A DNA stretch of 64,000 nt from Takakia lepidozioides. Its lineage: Eukaryota; Plantae; Bryophyta. The number at the start of each line of letters is the position of its first letter. Position 1 is the first letter of the stretch. Position numbers and translations under genes: made by a program. Shown here piece after piece: positions 37,441-48,809 of this stretch. The notes under the pieces are model-generated. The model ran no database searches, was not told the origin of the DNA, and saw nothing but the letters and a program-made list of their open reading frames with translations. The stretch is from contig CM060733.1 in the NCBI GenBank assembly GCA_030704615.1, positions 13,640,001-13,704,000 of the forward strand, read 5' to 3'.

Positions 37441-38617
37441 TAGCTTGAAAACAACCCTAATTTGCAATTCAATTGAATTGTCGGCACACGATTCAATTGA
37501 ATAGTTGACTGCAATTCAATTGAATTGTGAATTTGCAAATCAATTGAATTGCGAATTGGCAATTCAATTGAATTGTAATCTATAATTTTTAACTTCATTT
37601 CTGTATATATTATATATATATGTACATATTTAAATTATACATATATGCATACAAAAGTATAAGCTAAAAATACATGTTGCCCGTCTATTCTTGCTGTCCG
37701 TCTGTCAATCCTTTGCCCGTGGTAAGGCTTGAGCTCGAGATAAGCCTAAGGGAGAGCGAGAGAGGGAGAGAGAGAGAGGAAGTCACAAAAGCGCTTGTAA
37801 AAGCGGGATTGTCTCTCTTTGTGGATGTTGGTGCCAATATATGGCTATGTACATATACCAAACATGATACAAATGTAAGAGTATCAACGTGTAAGAGTTT
37901 GATATATTAAACTTATATGGAACACACATCCCAACTTCAACATGATACCTTTGTAAGGGTATGGAAACAAAATCATTTTTGATAATTCTCAAGATGAACA
38001 TATTTTTTGTTTTCTTTGCCCTGGGCTAGATACTAGTGTTAGGGGACTACATGATGATGTAGGGGAAGCCTTTTCATCAATTGTCAGGTTTGATTTTGTC
38101 TGTTTCTTTCGGAGCCAGCCATGTTTCTTTTGCCAGTGAATCACAGGAAGCTGCTGATCTCTCTCTGTCTCTGGCTCTCCCTTTCTCGCTGAGGGTGAGG
38201 GTGGCTTCACAACTCCACAATTTCCTCAAGGGCACAAGAAAGAGGGCCAGCAAGAATAGACGGGCAACATGTATTTTTAGCTTATACTCTTATATGTGTA
38301 TAAGTATAATTTGAATGTATACATATACATATATATTATATACATAAATAAGTTAAAAATGATATATTACAATTCAATTGAATTGCAAATTAGGGTTGTT
38401 TAGGGAATTTCAAATAGGCCTTGATGTGAAATGCATCGCAATTCACTTGATCACCCCCCTAAAAGTGCGCAATTCAATTGAATCGCCCTTGCAATTCAAT
38501 TGAATTGCAAAAACCAGCTTGAAAAGAACCCTAATTTGCAATTCAATTGAATTGCAAACTATAAATTTTTACGGATTTTTGTATATAACGTATATAATAT
38601 ATGTATATATGTATATT
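37441..38617. mobile_element. Foldback cluster of three left-end fragments of the IS3EU-like element
   Basis: 37441-37780 matches 25390-25750 (direct); 38160-38400 is an inverted copy (ACAACCCTAATTTGCAATTCAATTGAATTG vs its reverse complement at 38370-38399); 38401-38617 matches the terminus from 25300 onward. Confidence 0.85.
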
Positions 38618-38619
38618 CA

Positions 38620-39445
38620 TGGTTGTGGGATGAAGGCTTGGAGACCTATGAGCAAATGGTGCTGAAAGGGGCAAAGAAGTCTATGTGTTGACATCAGGAA
38701 AGGTAGGATTGTACCAAATAGTATTCTGGAAAATGCCCGAGTGGACATATATGCCAGATGTGGGAGTATCCAGGATGCAAAGGGAGTCTTTGACAATATG
38801 GCTAAACAAGATGTGGTGTCGTGGAGTGCACTGATTGCAGGATATGCCAAACATGGTTGTGGGAAGGTAAGTTGTGGTTTACAACTCATATTGTGATAGT
38901 GTAAGACATAAGAATATACGCTGTTGGAGGCACTATTGTTTTCTGTTGCTTGCCTTGTACTTGCTTATGGCCCCTCAGCTGAAGGTGTTAATACAAAGCT
39001 GATTCAGGCTACCAATGTCCCAAGTGTAGTCTTCATTAACAGAGCTAAGAGCTAAGATTGTGTCTCTGAGATGTGCAGGTGAGAGTACAAGAAGCCAGCA
39101 AAGACACTCGGATTCTTGAGCTTTGCTTGGACCATCTATGGGAGGCCGATGCCCTCCCTCTTGTTGAAACGCTGACTATGGTGGAAACCTCAAAGATTGA
39201 GGCAACGGATGTGGTCTTTGGAGACCTACGAGCAAATGATGCTGAAAGGGATAAAGCCCAACTAGGTAACATTTGTTTGCCTTCGCAATGCATAGCAGCC
39301 GTAGAAAGGGACAAAGAGGTCTATGCTAACATCTGGAAAGTTGGGATTGTACCAAGTATCATTCTTGAAAATGCCCTTGTGGACACGTATGCCAAATGTG
39401 GGGGTATCCAGGATGCAAAATGGAGTGTTTGACAATATGGCTTGA
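38620..39445 (+). pseudogene. Two decayed PLS-PPR fragments
   Basis: VDIYARCGSIQDAKGVFDNMAKQDVVSWSALIAGYAKHG (~38740-38860) and ILENALVDTYAKCGGIQDAK (~39360-39420), with frameshifts and stops. Confidence 0.8.
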
Positions 39446-40549
39446 ATCCATTGATTTCTAACTTTCAGGTCCCCCTTGCCGGTTGTGTGGTAAGGCCCTA
39501 GCAATTATACTGCCCTACTCAAACACCTTTGGCCATGAACTGTTGCATATTGAAGGCTGAGCATAGGGCAGCTAGTGGGAGCTTTGCCAATGTGCAAGGA
39601 CTCGAGTGGGAAACTTCGATAGGAAATATGACCCTGTCCACTGTGACTTAAACTGTTATGGATTGTGCTCCTGGGACTTCCATTGGGACCTGTGAGCCAA
39701 GCCTACAGGGCATGTGTACCTCAAGGATTTCATATTCTGACACTTGTAGAGACTGTGGCCTGCATCACTTCCTGGTAAGGCAAACACACTATAAATGTTA
39801 AATACTTTTGTAATCTGAGAAGTAGCTCTGTTGCTTTAGGACGAAGGGAACCGTTCCCGTTCTAGTGAAAAAAGACTTGCATGGGTAAGAGTAGGTGTGA
39901 AAGTTACTTGACGAGCTTTTGTGCAAATTGTAACAATAGTCGGGGTTTACTATGGGTACAGGGAAGCTACATGCACCACTCGTGACAAGGTACATATCTA
40001 AATCAATCTGAGACATGCTTATTTCAGATGTGGTGCTCAGCATGGTTAACAATGTTAGGAAATGAGTTTAGGGAGTTGGTTGGCTTCATTTTGTTTCTGG
40101 TGTCATTTCCATTGGAAGGGTGTGACTTGAACCTTGATAGCCAGCAACATGTTTTGCAGTGCTTGTATTCTTTGAAGATGTGAGCAAGAAGGCCCTAACT
40201 GGTAAACTAGTCTGTGAGCAAAACACATGAAGAACAATTGGAGGGAAGGGGTTAGTGTTTGTGTCATGGCTGGTCTGTAATGCTTGGAATTAAGTTTAGG
40301 TTGATGGTCAGTGTGAGTGTTGAGTGTTTATTGTCTCTGCAAGCGTAGGTTGCTGGCCAATCTGCTAAAAAAAGAGCCACATCTCAAGAGCTTGCAGGCA
40401 GCAGTAGACAACTTCAGGGTGTGTTCTCTGCCCTATAACAACATTGTCTTTTTGTGAAGATAGGAATAGGGGTCCAGTGCTACGAGCTCGGAGCATCGAG
40501 CTTTTCAAACAACATTGTTTTTTTTCAGGAGACAGGAAAGTATCTAAAC

Positions 40550-42205
40550 ATGGGAAGATCCAACAAAATAGGGAAGCGTATCAAAGTGAAGTCAAGACGT
40601 CATGAAGCCCCTTCATCTTTGGTTGTGTCTGTTGTAGCAAACAGTGACGTCGTACCAACTCCTGTTACCTCGACAGAGCTGGCGCTAACAGGAGGGAGGC
40701 AAGAAGTGCTAGGAGGGCAAGGAAGTAAGTTCATGCTTATTTACAACTCTTGGGACTCCTAGGGGATTCCTAGTTTCAAGTACATTTTCATTCTTTTATT
40801 GCTTGGATTGTATGCAACGTCTTTACTTCCACAGAGGTATTAAAATGTGTCTTTTCTGTACAGAGGTATCAGCATTATGTGCAGGATAGGTGTAGTGCTA
40901 ACACAGAAGTATAATAGATGCCTAGAGACAAATATCTTTACAAAGGTATCATCATGTAGGTGAATCTCCATTTCTAAAACCTTGGTATGCCTAATTTCAC
41001 ACATCCACTATCTATGTTATTTAGGTGGATCGTTTGCACAAGAGGGGGTGCACTACAAACGGGAGAATGGACATTGGTTTTGTTTGATCTGCGGCGAAGG
41101 ACCTTCCATGGGTTGGAAGGACAAACATAACTTCCAAAATCACCTTGTGGTAAAGTGTGGAGGTCCTCGCCTCCTTCCAGGTAAGCCTGGTCGCCCTACG
41201 GATGGGAAGAAGAGAAAACAGAATTACCATAGAACGAACATGAAGATCTATGGGGATGTAGATAAGAGAAAGAGGGTGTACGACAACAAGGCGCGTTACA
41301 GGTTCAAATTGAAAGCGGAGCGAATGTGGGAAATGGCACAAGGTGGTTCTATGGCCATGGAAAGCAAGAACAAGCGAGCACCATTGTTGGCAACATTGTT
41401 CGATGAAGATGTGTACGACCACTTCGGGATTCGCAAATGGGGAAGGGGCGATTTATCAGCTAAGACCTTGGATGATATTGTGGGTGCGAATGCGACTGGT
41501 AAGTGGGTGAGGAAAAAACTTGCTCAGTACAAACCGATTAGGGATTACAAGCAAGACTTGGCACGGATGAAAAGAATCTATAGGGATGGCAAGGATTACT
41601 GGAAGATGCCTCGTCGCAAGTTGCAAAAAGAGGTGGCAAACAGCTTGCTAACCTACCATGAGGAAGAAAGCTGCAAACTAAGGTATTATTCTGCCTTTGC
41701 ATACTTCTTGTTTGTATCGTACATGTGTTCACCAATCAGTGCGATTTCAAACTAATCCTTGTGACTAAATATTTTGTAGATCGGTGGCGTTGACATTGAC
41801 AAAGGCAGAGTTTGTCAAGACGTAATCAATGCAGAGATGGAGAAGTGGAGATTCGTGGATCCCCTTCGTGCCAAAGCGTGTGCTTTAGCGACCGAGCGCT
41901 ACAAGAAAAGTGAAAAGTGTGAGTGTTCACTTGTCAAATATTTCATGCTATGTTTCTATTCAACATGCAAATTGGACTCTAAGACGTGTACTTTGTTTCC
42001 ATGTTGTGTAGACAAGAAACTAGACAATGACGACAATGCAAACACGGAGGATGAAGAAGGGACAAACAATGATGGAGGAGATGAGGGAGAGGAGGAAGAA
42101 ACAGATGACGACGATGCAGATGAGGATGAAGCAACATTAAAAGACGAGGAGGAGGAGGAGGAGGAGGAGGAGGAGCATGATGATGATGAAGAGGAAGGAA
42201 TGTAG
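40550..42205 (+). CDS. Unknown basic protein with a C2HC-like zinc finger, GRP (AT-hook-like) motif and acidic tail; 4 exons, probable 1-nt lesion in exon 3
   Basis: Exons 40550-40724, 41025-41682, 41780-41918, 42012-42205 (GT-AG). Motifs WFCLICGE...FQNHLVVKC, GKPGRP and a D/E tract. The exon 3 phase needs one extra base near 41823. Confidence 0.55.
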
Positions 42206-44929
42206 AACAAATCGAATCAGGGCCTCTTTTTTGGCTACCTTCACCTTGTAAGTATGGAGAAAATTCTGAGACTTGTTTGTATGTTTCTTCTTACTCTCTT
42301 TTTGACATTCTAGTTGCCTAAGAAAAGTGCCCAAATAATGGTACAAAGATACGGACGACACTACTCCATTGTAGGGAGGCTACGTCGCTATTGTCCTACC
42401 TAGAGGAATGTGGTTTGCAGGCTGTGTAGGCGCCGGGTGGTTTTCCTAGCCTCAAGTATAGCTCCCAAGAACCTTTGCTAAATGGGTGCATACAACATAA
42501 AAGTTGTAGGCCGAGGCTATGTACATATATTGAGGCTGTGGATACAGTGACTGCTTTAGGATTAAGCATGTAAATGGGTACATTGGGAGTCCAATTCACT
42601 TACTCTTTGGCCATGTTGCTGATCTGGTGCTTGTGCATTTGCAGGATTGTAAGCAGAAGTATCCAGACGTGATTGTGCCAAACCCACTAGAAGCCATTCA
42701 ACAGCTGCGAAACAGGCAGTTGATGCTTCAGGATGTGGCCGATCTAGACCTTTGTGACTATGTGGTTGGTTTTTCTCCAGTACACAGTGCCTTAAACTAG
42801 CTCTTATATCTATTTGACTTGGAGTTTCGGTTTAGGGGCATCAATTTAATCAATTTTACTCACACTGAGAACCAAATTTTGAGTAACCAGTCATATTGCA
42901 GACTTAAGTTAATTTAAATCTCAATGATTGAGTGAGTGAGTCCACGGCAATGCCTGGATACATGAGAAGTTGACCTGCATTTTGTTGTTTTCCATTTCTT
43001 GCAGCTTTTGGAATTTGAATATGGTCCTGGACGACCATCCGATCTGCTTACTTCTTTTCATAGCCCCGTGTTTTCATTTTGCTCGTGTTGTTTGCAATCT
43101 GAGTATCCCGCAACAAAGAGGAAGATTTAAAAAACTTAGTTGATGAATTATGTTCTGCATGATTCCCACATCTGAGGAACAAGGGAATCACCAGTCATGA
43201 AGCAGGTTAGAGGTGTGACTTGGGTATGGGCTAATATGGACTTGGTAGTGATCTTCCTGTGCAGACCTCTGTCCATGTGCTTTTCAATCAATCTTTGGTT
43301 CCAGTACAAAAGAATGTAGAGGTATTGAGCACAAGGGGAAGCAATATAACTTGGCATAGGGGCTGATATGGACTTGACATTGATCTTCCATGTGCAGACC
43401 TCTCTCCATGTGCTGCTCATCCACCACTCTACCCACTGCCTGCAAGTCCAAAATACCCACAACTGTGAGTTAAAAATGACCATCTCAAAATCTACAATGC
43501 TTCCCAACCATCCCCTTAGTAAATAACAATGGAACACTTCACCTAAATGCAATAAAGGCATATTGTTAGCATCCATTCTTCAAGCAGATGTGGCTTAACT
43601 CTGCACTCACCATCTCTCTCCCCTCACTCTATTGGACGTTATCAAATCTTAATCCAGGAAAAATTCATACCTGCTGAATATTGGTTCCTGCGGTGTACTG
43701 AGCACCACCTGAAGAGCGTAGTTGCTTTAGCTTGGCATTTCAGACTGCCTGTGTTGGATCAGTACCACTCTCCTCATGTGTGGAGCACGTGATGTGCTTT
43801 GACCAAAATCACTTGGTGCATCCACAACCAACGCTACCTCATATGTCATTTACCATAGAAGAAAGTTGACGGCACTCCATGTACTTACAATAGTGTCGGA
43901 TGAATCTACACACCTTTTTGCTGCTCCTGGCAGGAAATTTGGCATGCAGATCATCGGACATCGTACTATGGTTTAAACGTCTCATTGGGAATTCCTGACT
44001 GGGTGGTACTTAGGACCTAGTTCTGAAGTCAAGTATGTATAGCTAGAGAGATCTGTGGTCCGAGGAGTTATTGAGGTGGGATTGAGGTATAACCAGAAAC
44101 TTGCAGATCATGTTTGATAATCCCCTCGAGCATGTACTTCGAACATTCTTTAGTTCTCAAGGCCCGTGCGAGGACGCAAGGAATGTGAGTTACTCTGCTG
44201 TTGGAGGGCTAAGTGAACAAATTATGGAGCCTCGAGAGTCCATCGAACTACCTATTATGAACCATGCTCACTCGTCCTTCGTGTTGGCATCAACTGACCC
44301 ACTTGAGGTAATTGATGATCCTCTCACAAATGTTATGTTTCGCAAACTACTGGAACTTTCTAGCAGAGTAGGGGATATCTTCTTGACATTGGTTGATGTC
44401 AGTGTTGGCAACGTTAGGTAAGCCTGACAGTGGATCAGTTTATATGCCTTCATGTGATTTGTTATCTACTGGACATGGTGTATTGCTCTATGGGATCCCC
44501 AGGAACAGGAACTTAGACACTACTAGTAGCTAGCAACAAATTATGTTGATGCCGAACTTCTCAAGGTATGATTATGACAGACAAGGGGTTCTTGTTAGAG
44601 ACACAAAAACTCCTAAATGATGTGAATATGCACCAACAAATTAATGGCTTTGGTGGTTGCTGCTTGGCTGTATAGCTCCAAGGATCTCTTGACGTCTACA
44701 TGGAATTTTGCCTCGAGCGGTGCTTGCAGAAGGAGTGGGGCTTCAATAATCAATTGATTGTCGTCCAAAAAACTTATGACCTGAAGGCAAACTGCTGGAA
44801 AGTGTCTCTACATCTGCGAAGTCCAACTAATGCAAATAATTCCATCAATAAGTGCCAACGAGCTTTGTCCACAACTATTGGTTCGCAACCCACTAGTATC
44901 ATGCCAATACACCCACTCCCCTCTTGCTA

Positions 44930-45560
44930 CACATGAGTCATAGATGGCAACCACCATCTCCAAGACATCAGGCCTGTCTCGTGCCAAAACCTGAGAGTTG
45001 TTGTACCCCACAACAATGATGGTGTACCCTTTGTCGCATGAGCGGTTCAAATCCATGCGAGCCACCTGCAAAAACTGATCATGTATGGAGTTGCAAATTT
45101 ACATTGCAAGATGCATAGCAATGAAACCAAAGAGGAAAGAAGAGGGAAAGAATTGAAATGTCCACTATCCCGAAAATAAATATGTCTGAAGACAATCACA
45201 TATCAACCCAAGATCTGAAAGATGAAGAGGTTGTCCGAGACAAATAAGTGAACGGATGTAGCTAGTGTACCTTGCTTTCCAAATGCTTTCATAAAGGCGG
45301 GAGGAATGTATAGTCCTCTGTTACAGGGTTGCAAACAACCATGATAGATTGTGGAGGAAAACAAAAATCCCAATCACACATATAGGGTGGATCATTCTCA
45401 TCTGCATGTGACCTTGGCTGTCGGCCCCCTTCCACGCACAAAAGCCCTCCCGCACCTGCGATTACGTTGTGCACATCCCTTGCCAGGAATGCCAAGGCTG
45501 GCATGTCGGATCCCTATATTGTCATCACAATCCATTATTGCTGGTTTGACTAAGTGACTG
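44930..45560 (-). pseudogene. F-box-associated (kelch-like) gene fragment
   Basis: IAGAGGLLCV...MVVCNPVTEDYTFLPPL and GYTIIVVG...VAIYDS are typical of plant F-box C-terminal regions; truncated. Confidence 0.55.
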
Positions 45561-46403
45561 GTCACTAGATCACCAGTCACACCTTCATAGGAGTGGGCAT
45601 GTGGCTTACAAGTGTTGGGCTGCCAATAACAAACCCACTACAACGTTGCACTACAATCATAATCTCATCACTATTGCAGAACTCAGCATTCATGCTCTCG
45701 ATTCCCACTCCAGCCTTTGAAATTCCTCAACTTCCATTCAGCATCCCATGAACCCCACATGCAGCCCAAGTGTTATTACAAGCACGTTATGTGCTTTGGT
45801 AAATACTGTTGGTGGAATGAGCCAAAGCCCTCAAACCTTGGCCAAATGTTTATGCAAACTTCCTTAAACTGCTTGTGAGCTAAATGGGTTTGATGTGCAT
45901 GCCAGGGCTAGCTCCATCTCATTTTTTTGGGGACCCTTTGGGAGACAGATGGCTTACTCAGAAGTGCTTCAGCTTCATGTGATTCACTAGCAAAAGAAAT
46001 ATGGCTAGCTCTGAAAGAAACAGACAATTTCAAACCTGACAATTGATGAATGGCTTCCCCTGCATCATCATATAGTCCCCTGGCACTAGTATCTGGCCCC
46101 CATGACACAACCCCAGAGAAAACAAATGACATGTTCATTTCGAGAATTATCAATAATAATCTTGTTTCGATACCCTTACAAAGGTATCATGTTGCAATTG
46201 GGTTGTGTGTTCGATAGAGAGTTTAATATATCAACTCTTAGACGTTGATACTCTTACAATGGTATCATGTTTGGTATATGTACATAGCCATATATTGGCA
46301 CTATAAGGGCTTGGCAGTATGAAATTGGTTAGTGTCTCAAGGTGCAGATGAAACATGCAAACAGATTGAGATTGTAAGCAACACCCACCAGTCAAACTCA
46401 TCC

Positions 46404-46897
46404 TCAGAAGAGATTGATACACAAAAATTTCTTAGGGTCGTTGGTGCGCAGGCTTTTGTCAAGGGCTTGATATCATCATCGGTCAACTCAAAGTCAAAGA
46501 CATCAAGGTTCTACTTCAATCTCTCCATCTTGTCTGACTTAGGAATGACAATTGTCTTGTGCTCAATGCCCCAGTGCATCGCAATTTGTGTCGGTGTCTT
46601 GTTGTACTTTCTTGGCAATCCATGTAGTGTGTTTATAGTGTGTGTGAGAGAGAGAGGGAAGCAAGAGATCACGCCTTACATAGAGTAGTGAATCACAACT
46701 GAAGTTAATAATTCATAAGGGAGCACTTAGGGAAGATGCAAACCTGAAGAACAGCGTCATCAAGACACGAAACGGTGCCCAATAAATTCCGTGTTGTCAA
46801 CCCCACCACCCAATGGCGTGTGGGCAGTGACAACTATCCCATGCTTCTGGTAGAAATTCACCAATGATTCACGCTGGAAGTAAGGATAGGTTTCGAT
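46404..46897 (-). pseudogene. 3' exons of an aldo-keto reductase (AKR2, M6PR/S6PDH-like), decayed
   Basis: IETYPYFQRESLVNFYQKHGIVVTAHTPLGG...TVSCLDDAVLQ|gt and KYNKTPTQIAMHWGIEHKTIVIPKSDKMERLK*NLDVFDFELT...LRTNDPKKF.CINLF*; contains a stop and frameshifts; not in the ORF track. Confidence 0.85.
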
Positions 46898-48524
46898 GCT
46901 AGCTTAATCTTTGAATATGCAAGGCAGTCCCGGGTCAAAAAGATGTCGTAATTTCTGCCAAACACATGCTGATTAGAAAGGAGAGAGCCCATCCTTGCTC
47001 TCCTGGCTTGCTGGTCTACAATTTCAATCAAATGTCAATACATAGAAGATAAAGGTATAGAAAACTGCAGAGATGAGGATAAAATAGTACAAGAAGGAAA
47101 CCAGACCGGGAGAAAAGAGAGGAAGTGCAAGGATTCCCCGAAGCTCAGTCCCAAACATTACATCCAAAACATAATCAAAACAAGACCTTGTCAATTCCTG
47201 AAGTTCGCATAACAATGGACTTACAATTGCATCTGTCTCGCCAACAATATGCCGCTCCGTCATATCTCCTCGATGCAAGACCAACAAGCACAAATCTGCA
47301 TTGTGGGTTGAAATCTCACCTAAGGTTAAGTTGGCAAAATAAAAAGGGTGGAAATAGATGGAAATACATAACATAATTTTGGATGGGTGTTAGGGACAAC
47401 TTAACACACCAAATTACCGTTATTATGGTTATTTTGAAGATGTTAGAAGGGGAATGGAGCCCATTATTGAAAGCCCATTAATATGCTAATAAGCCTGTTA
47501 AGAACCTAAAAAGATAACCACCATGAAGCCCATTATTGAAAGTGAACAAACGGAACACGCGCTAGAAGTTTAGGAGATCGCGTCATAATGACAGCAGCCA
47601 AAATTGAATCGAAATCACTTCATCGATGATACCATTGTTTCTCAATAACTCCAAGGAAGTCAGCAACTCACTCCTGGTGATGGAAGCATAAGGAAGGAGA
47701 CTTCTTTCGTGTTTTTCAGCGAGTGAAGCCAAGTGATAATTCTTGGTCCATATCTGTTAAATTACAAAGACAACGCACACACACCAACAAAGGCATTTCA
47801 GGGAAGGTGTCTCACTAGCATAACTCGCCCTGAACTCATCGATAGCCATACTACCCACCCTGGCTTTCACTTCACGCTGCAACTACAAAAGTAAGTCTCC
47901 CGGGGACCTCTGTGCTTCTCTGTGAATTTACCACTTCCCTCTGTTCCCCCCTTCAACTCATCATGATGTCAATTGCATCCCCTCTCTCTTCTCCCATACC
48001 ATAACCTCTCTCAATTTTCTATGTCAACGAGAGGGGAAAGAAGGAAAGAGAAAGCAGAAGTTTGTTGCGACCACAGGAGTGCGTCACAATGTAACCCCCA
48101 GTCTAAGAAACCCAAACATTGCTTGGCGATGGAGTGCCTCATGCAGGTAGAACGCTAGTCAATTTATTCCTTGTAACTGAAGTCCACTGCCAGGGAATTT
48201 CTCTACACTATCGTTTCTTATATATCATAGTTACAGTATCTTCATTTAGACTGCCGGCGCTCTCTGAAAAATGACAAGCATTTATGCTCACATGTATAGC
48301 GTATCTCTAAAGTGGCCATATTGTATACCTCAAATAAGCCAATCCGGGTGTTTTTTTCAGAAGTTTAGAGCTCAAGTAGGTTACTGAAGAATGAAGCCAA
48401 CACACAATGGAAGACTGCTAACCGTGTGACACTTGAGCATTGGTGACAAAACCCTGCCAATTCCTCACAACGTGTAGGGAATTCCAAAAATTCCCATTGT
48501 TTAATGGATCTCAACTCACAAATG

Positions 48525-48805
48525 CACCAACCTCTATAGGTATACCAAAGAGGATCACTACTACATAATGACGATACCTCTACTAGCATATATAGCTAAG
48601 TTTCTTTGTAAATCAAGCGTTATACCTCTATTGGTATACTAATCAGGGCTACTACCTCATGACAATACCTCCACATAAATATACACTGATTTAGCAAAAT
48701 TTATTTGTAAATCAAACGCTATACCTCTATAGGTATACCAAACAGGGAAACTACCTCATGACGATACCTCTACCTACATATAGACTAATTTTGACTTAGT
48801 TTCTT
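48525..48805 (-). repeat. About 3 units of the ~100-bp GAGGTA array, inverted relative to 28043-28605
   Basis: The reverse complement of 48565-48758 aligns collinearly with 28043-28240. Confidence 0.9.
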
Positions 48806-48809
48806 TGGA

